Below are positions 33,042 through 43,704 of a stretch of 64,000 nucleotides of DNA, piece after piece. The stretch comes from a virus. The notes below the pieces were generated by a model. That model saw only the letters and a program-made list of their open reading frames with translations, had not been told where the DNA came from and ran no database searches. Position 1 is the first letter of the stretch. Each line of letters starts with the position of its first letter. Location of the stretch: positions 1-64,000 of IMG/VR virus record IMGVR_UViG_3300036398_001591; one strand, written 5' to 3'. Made by a program: the position numbers and the translations under genes.

Positions 33042-34753
33042 TTCACCACCTGTGAGAAATTATTTGTCTTTTGAAATTTAATTACGGACCGAAACTTATC
33101 AAAAAGCTGGTCACCTTTATGTGAGATTACAAATACATTCGTGCTATTATCTAGGCTGTTGAGAAGTTTAAGGAATTCTTCTGTTCCTACTCCATCGAGA
33201 GAAGAATCGAACACTTCGTCTAGAACCAACAAATTGGTATTTACTGAGTTCTTCATCTTGGCAATTTGGCGCCACGTAAACAAAAGTGCAAGGTCGATAC
33301 GCATCTTTTCCCCTTCTGAGAAAGATGCATATGAAAATTCATCACGGTGCCTGGACTTAATTGTTTCTTCGAATGATTCATTCAGGTTGAAGTTAACAAA
33401 GAAGTCCATCGAAGTTAGGTACTTGTTAATCAATTTGTTCATAACTGGCAAATATTGTTTAATTATTTTTGTTTTGATGCCAGTATCTCTAAGTAGTGTT
33501 GCGGCAAACTCATGGTACTGTTTGTCAACCGAAAGTTGTTCGGCTGAGATATGATAACCTTGTAATTCTTCATTCAATAGTTTTAATTTACCATCATCGT
33601 TTTCAGTAAAAACAGTACGTGTTCGGAGTTCTTCAATTTCTTTTAGCAGTTTGACATTGTAAGAATTGATGCTTGTTACCTGTGTGTTTAGCTTAACCAC
33701 CTCAGAATTGTGTTCGTTGATATGTTTCTGTATCTTTTCTATTTCTTTCAAACGATTGCAAACATTATTGAGTTCTTCATCCAGTTTAGTTGTTGCAGTT
33801 TGTATTTCTGTAATCTTAGACTGTTTTTCCGTCACATGTTTATCTTTGGTTTCTGAAACAATCGCCTGCTGACAGGTTGGGCAGTTATCGTTATTCTCAT
33901 AGAAAGAAATTTCTTTGTTTAACTTTTTGACGTTATCTTCAAACTTGGATTGTAAAGTTATAAGTTTTGTATTTCTTGTAGATACGGCAATTTTGTCTGA
34001 TATTTTAGAAGTCAGTTGCTGTATGTGTTTTTGTATTAACAAAATGTTTTTTGAAACGTTATTTAAGTGTGTATCATTGTCCGTAATCTCTTGGGTTTTC
34101 TTATTGATTTCAACGAGATGGTTTTTCTTATTGTCTTCAATGTTCTGTTTTTGTAAAGAAATTTTGGCATCAACAAGTTTGATATTATAATCAACCGTTT
34201 TCTGTTCATCCTTAATTGTTGAAATCTTATTCTTTACGATTGCATTCATAGAGGAGAAAATCTGAATGTCGAGCAAGTCCTCAATAATTGCTCTACGGTC
34301 AGCAGGCGATAACTGCATGAATGGAACAAAAGAAGCGGAACCAAGTATCACTACTTGCGTAAACGATTTATAATTAAGTTTAAGAATGAACTTTTCGAGG
34401 TGTTCTTGGTAGTCTTTTGCCTTTGCATCTTGATTAACAAGTACAGCGTCACAATAAATTTCAAACGCATTTGGTTTAATACTCCGTACAACTTTGTATT
34501 GTTTCTTACCAATCTTAAACTCAATTTCAACCACACAATCGGAGTTGTTAATTGTGTTCATCAACTGTGGTTTGTTAATCTTACGGAAAGGTTTACCAAA
34601 AAGACCGAAGGTGAGGGCATCCAAAATGGTTGACTTGCCTGCACCGTTGTGTCCAACAATTAAGGTGTTTGTAGACCGTGTTAGGTCGATTTCTGTAAAT
34701 GAGTTACCCGTAGAAAGAAAATTCTTCCAGCGAACTTTTTGAAAAATAATCAT
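33038..34753 (-). CDS. 46: Recombination ATPase (gp46, Rad50-like)
   Basis: GHNGAGKS, CPTC hook, FSEGEK, LDEVFD. Confidence 0.97.
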   Translation of the reverse strand: MIIFQKVRWKNFLSTGNSFTEIDLTRSTNTLIVGHNGAGKSTILDALTFGLFGKPFRKINKPQLMNTINNSDCVVEIEFKIGKKQYKVVRSIKPNAFEIYCDAVLVNQDAKAKDYQEHLEKFILKLNYKSFTQVVILGSASFVPFMQLSPADRRAIIEDLLDIQIFSSMNAIVKNKISTIKDEQKTVDYNIKLVDAKISLQKQNIEDNKKNHLVEINKKTQEITDNDTHLNNVSKNILLIQKHIQQLTSKISDKIAVSTRNTKLITLQSKFEDNVKKLNKEISFYENNDNCPTCQQAIVSETKDKHVTEKQSKITEIQTATTKLDEELNNVCNRLKEIEKIQKHINEHNSEVVKLNTQVTSINSYNVKLLKEIEELRTRTVFTENDDGKLKLLNEELQGYHISAEQLSVDKQYHEFAATLLRDTGIKTKIIKQYLPVMNKLINKYLTSMDFFVNFNLNESFEETIKSRHRDEFSYASFSEGEKMRIDLALLFTWRQIAKMKNSVNTNLLVLDEVFDSSLDGVGTEEFLKLLNSLDNSTNVFVISHKGDQLFDKFRSVIKFQKTNNFSQVVK

Positions 34754-35388
34754 TATTTAAATTTTGGACCTACAGCCCACACTGTTATAGATTGTCTATT
34801 GCCCGAAATAATTGGTGCCACTTTATGTAGTAGAAATGAAGGGAACAACAAAACTGATCCTTTCTTAAGGTTTGTTTCCCAAGGAAATTGTTCAGAGAAG
34901 TGATTGATTTGGAAATTACCTCCCTCAAAATCAACTCCCGGCTCATTTAAAAGTAAAACAACTGTCAACTTACGGAGGTTTTCCATGAGATTGTGATCTA
35001 CTCTTTTTCCACCAAGTGGTAAATCCATATGAAATTCGTGTTTATCACCAACATCATACTTTGCAAATTGCAAATAGTTAAATCCATACAAATCAAAATT
35101 GAAACTTTTGTCATTGTAATGTGCAATGATGTTATTAAACTTTTCCCACATCCAAACGGTTTGTTCATCCGGTTGAGTCATCAATACAACATTCGCTTTA
35201 CGTTGTTCAGGTATATTTGATGTGTCTGAGTATTCACGACCTCGATGTGTGATATGATTAACTTCAAAATATTGTGAAATAAAATCACATTCACTATGTG
35301 TGAAAAATTGATTGTCAACAATGAATCGTGGAATAAAAAACATTTTTTCCACCAACTCAGTATTAACCATCATTGTTGGTGCGCTCAT
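34753..35388 (-). CDS. 2OG-Fe(II) oxygenase
   Basis: HMD, RKLTVVLLL, FPSFLLHKVAPI, GNRQS. Confidence 0.88.
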   Translation of the reverse strand: MSAPTMMVNTELVEKMFFIPRFIVDNQFFTHSECDFISQYFEVNHITHRGREYSDTSNIPEQRKANVVLMTQPDEQTVWMWEKFNNIIAHYNDKSFNFDLYGFNYLQFAKYDVGDKHEFHMDLPLGGKRVDHNLMENLRKLTVVLLLNEPGVDFEGGNFQINHFSEQFPWETNLKKGSVLLFPSFLLHKVAPIISGNRQSITVWAVGPKFK

Positions 35389-36449
35389 TCTGATTCCTCA
35401 TTCAATGCTTCAACATACAAACCTCTCAAAAGATTTTTGATTCTATCTTTTTCCAAATCAGTTGTCAAGTTATCAACGTACTTATTTAAGATGGTTGTGG
35501 TATCTTCTGCTTGATTCACATCATCATTTTGAATATCTTCCTGTTCGGTAAAATCTTCTGCAATCGTAATGTCGATGGGTCCAACTTGATAAAGCCTATT
35601 AATTAACGTGTCAAATAGGTATGGATTGATTTTATTCACAACCACAACTTTGACGTAGCTAGTCTTTAATTGTGTTAAATCCATGGAGGTGATGGTTTTA
35701 ATGTCATCCACTTTATCATCATAGATAAGTTTTTTGAACATCTTATTCGGATTTTGGATAAATTCCAATTTATGAGTCTTCAAATCAAACAAGTGAAAAC
35801 CTCTTGGATCATCGTAGTCCTGCCAGGTCAACTCATATGGATTACCAAGATAATGTATGTTTCCACGGCTAGATTTGTGGTGATAGTGACCAGAGAATAC
35901 CATATCGAACTTATCAAACATCTTTGGTTCTAGACCCTCATGTGAAGGCGCACCACGATACATTTGAAAGCCCTCAATCTCAAAGTGACCCATACAGACC
36001 GTTGCTTCTGTAAGTTTCAATGTGGACATAGAATGCTCATAGTTTTCGGCACAAATCCACGGCATCATGCAAATTGAGGTGTCATCAATTCGTATTGTAG
36101 CTGGATTCTTTATGATATTGATGTTATCGTATTCTTCCAAAACTAACTTCGGTGAGTTAACATCGTTTGTATTCTTGTAGTATGTGTCGTGGTTACCCAC
36201 CAACATATGAACACGAATGCCACGGTCCTGAAGTTTATCAAAGAACATCTTCTTTGCACGTTGAAGCGAATAGAAGTTTACATACTTACGCCTGTCAAAC
36301 GTGTCACCAAGAATAAGCAAAGTATTAATTCCGGCAGCATCAACAGCAGGAAAAAATGTTTCATCATAAAATTTTTCATAAAAATCCAAAAAGTGTAGTG
36401 AATCATTTCTTGCACCAAAGTGTTGGTCAGTTATTATTGCGACTCTCAA
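35385..36449 (-). CDS. 47: Recombination nuclease (gp47, Mre11-like)
   Basis: TDQHFG, GDTFD, GNHD, SGHYH. Confidence 0.97.
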   Translation of the reverse strand: MRVAIITDQHFGARNDSLHFLDFYEKFYDETFFPAVDAAGINTLLILGDTFDRRKYVNFYSLQRAKKMFFDKLQDRGIRVHMLVGNHDTYYKNTNDVNSPKLVLEEYDNINIIKNPATIRIDDTSICMMPWICAENYEHSMSTLKLTEATVCMGHFEIEGFQMYRGAPSHEGLEPKMFDKFDMVFSGHYHHKSSRGNIHYLGNPYELTWQDYDDPRGFHLFDLKTHKLEFIQNPNKMFKKLIYDDKVDDIKTITSMDLTQLKTSYVKVVVVNKINPYLFDTLINRLYQVGPIDITIAEDFTEQEDIQNDDVNQAEDTTTILNKYVDNLTTDLEKDRIKNLLRGLYVEALNEESE

Positions 36450-36831
36450 TTCGTTTCCTCAATTCGGTACTACTATACGTATGTGGACGGGTATTATAAT
36501 AATACTCTTTGTCCAGATGTTTACCAGTAAAGGCTTTAGTCCTATACTCCTCGCCAAGTATTCTAACATCATAGTTCACTGTTGTCAATAGGTTCAACAG
36601 GTCTTCTTCAGTAGAATACGGTATAATTTCATCAACATACTTGCAACCTTTGAGTTGTACATACCGTTCGTAAACTGTTTGTACCGGTTTATTTTTTTCT
36701 GGTCTGTCTATTGTTGGATCGGTTTGAAGACCAACAATCAGGTAATCACAGTGTTGCTTTGCTTCTTCGAGCATAAGAACATGGCCAGCATGAAACAAAT
36801 CAAAACATGAACAAGTGAATCCGATTTTCAT
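36427..36831 (-). CDS. Cytidylyltransferase (TagD-like)
   Basis: FDLFHAGH, GLQTDP, SSTELR. Confidence 0.88.
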   Translation of the reverse strand: MKIGFTCSCFDLFHAGHVLMLEEAKQHCDYLIVGLQTDPTIDRPEKNKPVQTVYERYVQLKGCKYVDEIIPYSTEEDLLNLLTTVNYDVRILGEEYRTKAFTGKHLDKEYYYNTRPHTYSSTELRKRIESRNNN

Positions 36832-36832
36832 A

Positions 36833-37396
36833 TCATTCCTCCAAAAACTTCTCTATACCCTTATTCTTTTTTATTTCCTTTTTCTTTTTCTTTGTTTCTT
36901 CAAAAGTTTCAATGAAGTCGGAAATGTTATCGTATAGTTCAAAAGGTTTGGCTGGAGTGTCATCGTAACCCATCAGTTCAGATTCATTGAAGATACCAAA
37001 CTGTTCTGTGGCTTTGTACTTCACATACAATTGCTTTTTTTCTTTTTGTATTCTACGAAGGAATGCATAGTAGATAATTTGTGTGAAGTATGCAAATGGA
37101 TTGCTTGATTTGGAAACGTCAAAGTTTTCAAAGTACATGAGGCAGTTTTCAATGCCATCACCGACCATCTCATCTCTATATGTATAGTTAATAAAGTTTG
37201 GTTTGTGTGACAGTCCTTCAGCAATCTTCATAAAGCATTCACCAATGTAATTGGGAATTTTCGGTTTCGGTGCTCCAGTCTTTTTTGCCTCAGCTACAGC
37301 CGCTTGGTATTCCAAAAGTGCTTGGCAAAAATCTGCGTTGTTGATGTAATGCCTTTTTGGTTTTGCAACCGGCATTGGTATTGTTTCTTGTTCCAT
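36833..37396 (-). CDS. 55: Late-transcription sigma factor (gp55)
   Basis: HYINNADF, IAEGLSHKPNF, NPFAYFTQI. Confidence 0.96.
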   Translation of the reverse strand: MEQETIPMPVAKPKRHYINNADFCQALLEYQAAVAEAKKTGAPKPKIPNYIGECFMKIAEGLSHKPNFINYTYRDEMVGDGIENCLMYFENFDVSKSSNPFAYFTQIIYYAFLRRIQKEKKQLYVKYKATEQFGIFNESELMGYDDTPAKPFELYDNISDFIETFEETKKKKKEIKKNKGIEKFLEE

Positions 37397-37472
37397 GATA
37401 TATTTACCTTTAAATTGCTTGACTTCCACTTGACAAAGGTCTACACTCCAGTATGTAGCCTCTGCATGTTAA

Positions 37473-37865
37473 TTAATGTACTACGGATATATCTGGACCA
37501 ACCAGTTCTAACATCGTAGTCATCAAATCTTGACTCATTCCTTCTTCGTCCGAATCGGACACTTCTCTCCCCGCAGACTTGGCTCTGTGAATAGTATCCA
37601 CAGCATCTTCAAAATATTCTGAGAATTCAGATGTGGGTTCCAAAATAGTAACAATCTCATTCTCTGTAATGAATGCTTCATTGTGTTGTATAAGTGGTGC
37701 AGGCAACCAATGATCCATCATAATGATCTGTTTACCAGATTTCATATCACTCTTAAGGAGAACTACCATAGGTTCTCTGACAATGAAATTCAATTTATCC
37801 ACTTGTTCGAGATATGCTATAATATCTTCACCCGATTTAAGACGTAGTATTTTTATTGCTTCCAT
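37473..37865 (-). CDS. Conserved hypothetical protein (RLKSGEDIIA family)
   Basis: Typically found between uvsW and gp55. Confidence 0.65.
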   Translation of the reverse strand: MEAIKILRLKSGEDIIAYLEQVDKLNFIVREPMVVLLKSDMKSGKQIIMMDHWLPAPLIQHNEAFITENEIVTILEPTSEFSEYFEDAVDTIHRAKSAGREVSDSDEEGMSQDLMTTMLELVGPDISVVH

Positions 37866-39363
37866 TTTTTAATCCTATCTTATAGAGTTTGTAGATAAAT
37901 TTCTCCTCATTATATATCTTAGTTCGTTCTACAAAATGTTTGAGTGTGAAATTCATATAACCCTTATAACGTAGGTCATCCGCTATATCGTAAAGAATTG
38001 CTTCAACCTTGTTGTCACCGATTCGTAAACCCCGTCCAATAGATTGGAGATTTCGAACTCTCGATTTGGATGGAGATGCGAATATAATATTATGGAGATT
38101 CCTAATATTAATTCCAGTGCTAAAGGTACCATAACTAGCCACAATAATAGCGTCATTTTCTTCCTCGGTGATACGCCTAACTTCTTCTCTTGTTTCTGTG
38201 TCGGTTTTACCGTAAACAAAGAAGACCTTCCTATTGCCGATATTCTCGGTTTTAGTTATCATATCATACAATATTTTACCATGTTTGTCAACATATTGGT
38301 AAAGAATTAGAGTATTTCCATTCAAAGATACCGCAAGATTTTTAATGAATTTGTTTCTATTCTCATTTAGAATTAAATATTCTATTTCTTCCTGATAAGT
38401 TTTACCTTTCATCAACTTACAAATTTCATCATCATGTTTCAACACCAAACATTTGATTGAAAAATCCGCAATCTGTTTGTTGTCCATTAGTTCTTTGGTT
38501 GTTGTTACCTTTTCAACAGGTCCAAAAAGACCTTCAAGTACGAGTTTGTGTGTCTTAGTTCCGTCAAGTGTACCAGTAAGACCAATACGATATTTTGCAT
38601 TGATACAGTTGGACATTATGGAAACAAGAGACTGTGCTTTGAATAGGTGTGCTTCGTCACCAATGATAAAATCAAACTGGTGAAAGTATTCTTCAGGTTG
38701 TGTATACAAAGATTGCCATGTAGATATTGTGAGAGGCAAGTCCGTGTTCTTGTCTTTACCTTGGTAGATTCTGTGTATGTTTTCTGAAACATCGAAACCA
38801 TTTGCTGTTGAATAATCCGCAAAATCGGAATACAACTGTTCAACAAGTGAGGTGGTCGGAACAATAATAAGTCCCTTTTTACATTTGTATGTTAGCAGTT
38901 GACGTATTGCAAGGTATATTATTAGGGATTTGCCCGATGATGTTGGTGAGAGTAGAAGACACCGTTTGTTTCGCATAGCATGTACGTATGCATTTTTTTG
39001 GTAATCTCTAACTTCTATATCATTATTTCTTGACTGTAACTTCAAGTCTGTGATAAACTTGTCAGCATGATACACAGAATAATCATCAGTCAAATCGGGT
39101 CTTGGATCACCATACTCCAATGTATACTCACGTTCTTCACAGAAGTTTTCTATGTAAGGAAGAAGACCGTGATAAACCTGAAACGTTCTAAGGTCAAAGA
39201 GCCTTATTTTTCCATCCCAAATTTTATTACGAAACGCTGGAGTAAATTGATGACCAGGTACGTAGAAGGTAAAAAACTCCGACAATTCTTGTGCTGTCGA
39301 ACGTTCACAATTTACCTTAACATACGCCTCATTTCTTTTCGTTACGATTAGTTTAGTTTCCAC
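37837..39363 (-). CDS. uvsW: SF2 helicase UvsW
   Basis: SPTSSGKS, DEAH, GLTGT, QSIGRGLR; GTG start assumed. Confidence 0.96.
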   Translation of the reverse strand: METKLIVTKRNEAYVKVNCERSTAQELSEFFTFYVPGHQFTPAFRNKIWDGKIRLFDLRTFQVYHGLLPYIENFCEEREYTLEYGDPRPDLTDDYSVYHADKFITDLKLQSRNNDIEVRDYQKNAYVHAMRNKRCLLLSPTSSGKSLIIYLAIRQLLTYKCKKGLIIVPTTSLVEQLYSDFADYSTANGFDVSENIHRIYQGKDKNTDLPLTISTWQSLYTQPEEYFHQFDFIIGDEAHLFKAQSLVSIMSNCINAKYRIGLTGTLDGTKTHKLVLEGLFGPVEKVTTTKELMDNKQIADFSIKCLVLKHDDEICKLMKGKTYQEEIEYLILNENRNKFIKNLAVSLNGNTLILYQYVDKHGKILYDMITKTENIGNRKVFFVYGKTDTETREEVRRITEEENDAIIVASYGTFSTGINIRNLHNIIFASPSKSRVRNLQSIGRGLRIGDNKVEAILYDIADDLRYKGYMNFTLKHFVERTKIYNEEKFIYKLYKIGLKNGSNKNTTS

Positions 39364-39793
39364 CGATGAATCTTTCCCATGCAATATAATCTTTTAGCTG
39401 GAAAGTTCTGCTTCTAAGTTCTTGTAGAATAGATTCACACACGGCAATTGCTTCATCGTGATACATTTTCTTTTCTAACAAACGAATAAGTTCTGCGTCA
39501 GATTCAATGTACTTCTCAATTCCCTGTTTCGTCTTTACATTTAACAGAAAAGGTTCCCAACCATATTCTTCTAGTTCTTCCTGTGAAAGAGAACCGTTAT
39601 AGTATTCTTCTTTGACTTTACGCATACGTGAATAATCAAAGTTTACACGCTTCATAGCAAGTCTGTGGTTCACAAGAATCTTTAGATACTTATTATGTAG
39701 TGTGGGTATTTTTAATAGTTCTTTTCCTGGTTCCGTAGAATCAATCACAGAATCTTTTTCCCACTCTTTTAAAATTTCTTCAAGTTTGCTCAT
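39353..39793 (-). CDS. uvsY: Recombination mediator UvsY
   Basis: WEKDSVID, IPTLHNKY, R.FQLK..I.W.RF. Confidence 0.92.
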   Translation of the reverse strand: MSKLEEILKEWEKDSVIDSTEPGKELLKIPTLHNKYLKILVNHRLAMKRVNFDYSRMRKVKEEYYNGSLSQEELEEYGWEPFLLNVKTKQGIEKYIESDAELIRLLEKKMYHDEAIAVCESILQELRSRTFQLKDYIAWERFIGGN

Positions 39794-39822
39794 CATAATC
39801 TCCATTGCAAAATTACATTATA

Positions 39823-40320
39823 TCACGATATTTTTTCCAAGTCAAACCAATCGTACCTAAAAGTTGCTGTTGCATACATGTGGTCTTCTGCCGACAAAGT
39901 GGTATCGAATTCTAAATCACTAAGAGAAAGTGGAAAAATATCATTCAGTTTGATTCTAAATTTTGGATTGTTTAGATTAGACATTACGGTAAATATAGCC
40001 TGCTTAGTACTTTCTTTTCTTCTTGCATAGCTATTATCAACGGAAGATAAATCACTCATCCATTTGTAGATGTTTGTCCATGCAGACAGGTCTTCGTTTA
40101 CCATAAAAGTGATATCAAACGTATTGTATTCTAGCTTTGTACCAGAGTGAAACAAATCTATGTTTGGTGTTTGTTGTACAGCCATACCCAAAGAAACACC
40201 AGGTATGTTGGCTTTTTGGCAAAAATACATGGTCTGTGATATTTCTGGAAATGTCACCACATATTTTGTGGGTTGTAATAAATTTGTTGTACTTGGTGTA
40301 GTTATGATAGCTCCACTCAT
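39823..40320 (-). CDS. 3: Tail tube terminator / completion protein (gp3-like)
   Basis: YFCQKANIPG, FMVNEDL, FPLSLS, ATFRY; synteny. Confidence 0.8.
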   Translation of the reverse strand: MSGAIITTPSTTNLLQPTKYVVTFPEISQTMYFCQKANIPGVSLGMAVQQTPNIDLFHSGTKLEYNTFDITFMVNEDLSAWTNIYKWMSDLSSVDNSYARRKESTKQAIFTVMSNLNNPKFRIKLNDIFPLSLSDLEFDTTLSAEDHMYATATFRYDWFDLEKIS

Positions 40321-40354
40321 ATTATCTCCTTAATGATCTTAGTATTTAGGAACC

Positions 40355-40384
40355 AAAAAAAGAGGAGCATTTCTGCTCCTCTTT
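40355..40384 (-). terminator. Intrinsic terminator after gp23
   Basis: AAAGAGGAGCA-GAAA-UGCUCCUCUUUUUUU. Confidence 0.88.
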
Positions 40385-40423
40385 GAAACGCCAATCTGCG
40401 TTGGCTTTTTTCCGTAACCGTAA

Positions 40424-41776
40424 TTACATTAAGTTTGCAACACGGAAAATACGGTAGTACGTATTACGCTTAGAGTACAACTGACCTAAATCAGCGTCTG
40501 TACCGGCAGCAAACGGATTTGCAACCATGCCGTAACGAGTCTTGAAACCAATCTTTGGTTGGAATGTGTACTGGTCAACTGCACGAACCATTTGTAGCGG
40601 AACGTATGGGCAGTAGAATAGACCAGCGTCATAAGGAGAAGAACCCTTATAACCGATTGTTACCAATTCTTGGTTAGATGTGTAACCGCCGAAGTATGGG
40701 TCGATATAAACCTTGATACGGCCGTGTAGCAAACCAGCGAATGTGTTACCAGTGTCATCAACTTGCAAGTCTGTAGACAATGCAGGAGTGTACTGTAGAA
40801 CACCAGCCATAGCCATAGCGGAAGCAACGTCAGATGATACGATCATCACGTTGCCCTTACCTCTACGAGTTTCTTTGGCAATAACGTTAGCGTCACGTTC
40901 AACTTGGAAAATCAAACCTTTGAAACGTTCAACAGACCAACGACCGTTAGAGTCTGTGTCAAGGTCGAAAGTACCAGCAGTTGTTGTACCAAACTGAGCA
41001 CCGTTTTTAGCAACAGTGTAGATTGTACGGATAACTTCACGGTTGATTTCAGCTAGAATTTCTGTGGACAGAATGTTAGACAATTCTGTTTCAGCGTCAA
41101 GACCGTGGATAGCCTTCAAGTCTTGAGCAAGTTCTAGTGAGTATTCAGCCTTCAATGCACGGCTTTGAGCGGTAACAGTAACCTTCTCGATAGAGAAAGC
41201 CATTTGACCGAACTGTGTGTTCGCTTCTGAACCCAAGTATTCAGCAGTAGCCGTAGGCATGCCGATACCAGTTGTGAATGTGTTAGCTGTAGTGAAACCG
41301 TTACCAACTGGGTTAGTTAGTGTATCACCAGTAGTGTTGTTTGCGAAACCGAAACGGTTAGTGTCGGAGCCAATACCAGAGAACTTGGTGTTGGCTTCGT
41401 TGAAGAAGGCTTCTACACCAGACGCTTTGTTATTTTCGCCGTACTTGGCACGCATTGCAAAGATCAAGCCTGTTGGGCCTGTCATTGGCTGAACGCCAGC
41501 AACATCATAAGCGATCAAGTTAGGTAGCGCACGGCGTACCAAAGAGATCAAGATTGGATCAAAGTTTTGAATACCAGAACCAGTAGCCATTGATGGGCCG
41601 GTGGAAGTAGTTTCGTTAATCATGCCCATTTGAGCACGATCAGACGCCATAGCTTGAGATTGGTTCTCAAGAACCATAGCTGTAACAGCTTTCTTGTATG
41701 GATCCTTAATAGCTTCTAGTTCTGGGTGATCCAGAACAGGTTGCCATTTTTGTTTTAGTTCTTCAGATAGTAACAT
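40424..41776 (-). CDS. 23: Major capsid protein (gp23)
   Basis: GVQPMTGPTGLIFAMR, RALKAEYS, FQPKIGFKTRYG. Confidence 0.98.
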   Translation of the reverse strand: MLLSEELKQKWQPVLDHPELEAIKDPYKKAVTAMVLENQSQAMASDRAQMGMINETTSTGPSMATGSGIQNFDPILISLVRRALPNLIAYDVAGVQPMTGPTGLIFAMRAKYGENNKASGVEAFFNEANTKFSGIGSDTNRFGFANNTTGDTLTNPVGNGFTTANTFTTGIGMPTATAEYLGSEANTQFGQMAFSIEKVTVTAQSRALKAEYSLELAQDLKAIHGLDAETELSNILSTEILAEINREVIRTIYTVAKNGAQFGTTTAGTFDLDTDSNGRWSVERFKGLIFQVERDANVIAKETRRGKGNVMIVSSDVASAMAMAGVLQYTPALSTDLQVDDTGNTFAGLLHGRIKVYIDPYFGGYTSNQELVTIGYKGSSPYDAGLFYCPYVPLQMVRAVDQYTFQPKIGFKTRYGMVANPFAAGTDADLGQLYSKRNTYYRIFRVANLM

Positions 41777-41813
41777 TTAAGTAACTCCTATTTTAAAATT
41801 AAATGTGGTATAT

Positions 41814-43019
41814 TTATTTGGCCACAGATTTTGAGATTGAATTAACAACGGCGTTGATTAAAGGATCAGCAGATGCGTTTGATGGCTTATCTTCTGGTAC
41901 TTCTACGCCTTCTTCTAGGGCAGATTTTTCACCAGCCTTAACAGTAGAAGGAGCATATGCTTCTTTCAATGTGCTAAGTTTTTCTGTGAAATCTTCCTCA
42001 GTCGTGAACTCAACACTCTCTGCGAGTGACTTAAGTTTTTCTACCTGAGTCTGCGTTAGGCCTTCGCAAACTGCTTGCACAGCCTGTACTTTCTTATGTT
42101 CATTGATTTCTTTTTTGAATTCAATAGAACGAGAAATTTCTTCGTTCAATTTGGCTTCTAGTTCTTCAACTTTGTCGGCCATTTCTTGAACAACATCCAC
42201 TTTTTCTTCTGGAATGTCAATGTAGTGTTCAGCGAATAGATTCTTTAGACCACCAATGAAGTCTTCTACGATTTCAGCACGTAGACCAGATTCGATTGCT
42301 AGTTCATTTTCTTTCATCCATTCTTCTACCATGTAATTTAGGTAGTCATCGATTTTAGCGGCAAAGTCTTCTTTGAGTTCTTCGACTGCTTGTTCGAATT
42401 GTTCGTGAAGTTGTGACTCTACTTCTTCCGCAATTTCTTCTACACGTGACATAACGGCAGCTTCAAAAATTGTGGTAGCTTTAGAAACAAATTCTTCTGA
42501 TAGGTCTTCACCTTGAAGCAATGCATCAATGTCTTCTTTTAGACCTTTTTTAGCCATCATTTTTTTCATCATGGCTTTGTCTTTCTTTTCATCTTCGTGG
42601 CCTTCTTTGTCTTCTGCTTCAGAAACGACTTCGCCGTCTTCTTCTACTTCTTCATTCTTTTGGCCACCATAAGATTGGAATGTAGCGTCTTTGTTTTTGT
42701 CCATCATTTGTTTACCAGGCTTGCCTTCAGGTGCTTCAACAGAACCTTGTTCAGCAGGTTGGCCTGACAACTTCTTAGCTGGTTCAGAACCTACTGGAGG
42801 TGTAGCACCTGGAGGTGTGGCTGTTGCAACACCTTTAGTAGCATCTGGACCAGAGTCAGTTGTTTTGGTAACTTCTGTACCAATTTCACCAACGTCTTTT
42901 TGGCCTGCAACTACAGATGTAGGCAGTTTAGAAGGACCTTCTGTCCCTTTTTTTGCTGAAGAAATGCTTTTGTTTAGAATGTCAGCGGCAGCTTCAGATA
43001 GATTGAACTTTTTAACCAT
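41814..43019 (-). CDS. 22: Prohead core scaffold (gp22)
   Basis: LSEEF..KA.TIFEAAV, YLNYMVEEWM; acidic. Confidence 0.93.
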   Translation of the reverse strand: MVKKFNLSEAAADILNKSISSAKKGTEGPSKLPTSVVAGQKDVGEIGTEVTKTTDSGPDATKGVATATPPGATPPVGSEPAKKLSGQPAEQGSVEAPEGKPGKQMMDKNKDATFQSYGGQKNEEVEEDGEVVSEAEDKEGHEDEKKDKAMMKKMMAKKGLKEDIDALLQGEDLSEEFVSKATTIFEAAVMSRVEEIAEEVESQLHEQFEQAVEELKEDFAAKIDDYLNYMVEEWMKENELAIESGLRAEIVEDFIGGLKNLFAEHYIDIPEEKVDVVQEMADKVEELEAKLNEEISRSIEFKKEINEHKKVQAVQAVCEGLTQTQVEKLKSLAESVEFTTEEDFTEKLSTLKEAYAPSTVKAGEKSALEEGVEVPEDKPSNASADPLINAVVNSISKSVAK

Positions 43020-43048
43020 TTAAAACTCTCCTTGGTTTTGTATGTGGA

Positions 43049-43056
43049 TATTTATA
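43049..43056 (-). promoter_or_regulatory. T4 late promoter TATAAATA
   Basis: Exact consensus upstream of gp22. Confidence 0.75.
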
Positions 43057-43059
43057 ATA

Positions 43060-43704
43060 TTACAATTTTTTAAGAAAGGATTCGAAAATTTGTAAACTTA
43101 CTTGTTCGATTTCTTTACGTGAAGCCTTACGAACTTGTTGTATTGCTTCTTGAAGATGAACTTCGGTCCACTTACCATCTACTAACATCCATTCTTTGCC
43201 CTCCATAATTCCCTGTACAAATGCACCAGGTGCAGAAGGATCGGCTACAATATCTGCCGCTGTGGCAAGATAGAAATCGGGCTGCACAACGTTCACACCG
43301 TTGACCATTTTTAGAGAACCCATACCACGGGAAGACACACCTAATTGTGCGCCACCTTCGATAAGGCTTCTTGCAATGTTACCCATAGGTGTATCAAGTA
43401 TCTTTGCTTTACCAACCCACTGGTTACCATCTTCACGGAGACCAGTAATCATGTGAGACACACGATCTAAATTGATTGTTGGAGAATCAGGATGACCTAA
43501 TTCACCAAAAGCACGATTCTTATTGATATAATCTTCGGTGTATCTGTGAACTTCTTTACGTAGTGTATTGAATTCGTAGATACGACCGTTTTTGTTTTTC
43601 TTTTCGGCAACAAGGAATGGTCCTTCAATATGAAGAACTTTTTTACCATCAGCTTCTTCCGTAAGATAGCTGACTGTTTCGGTAATTTCTTTAATAAGTT
43701 TCAT
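43060..43704 (-). CDS. 21: Prohead protease (gp21)
   Basis: GELGHP, GVSSRGMGS, DIVADPSAP. Confidence 0.97.
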   Translation of the reverse strand: MKLIKEITETVSYLTEEADGKKVLHIEGPFLVAEKKNKNGRIYEFNTLRKEVHRYTEDYINKNRAFGELGHPDSPTINLDRVSHMITGLREDGNQWVGKAKILDTPMGNIARSLIEGGAQLGVSSRGMGSLKMVNGVNVVQPDFYLATAADIVADPSAPGAFVQGIMEGKEWMLVDGKWTEVHLQEAIQQVRKASRKEIEQVSLQIFESFLKKL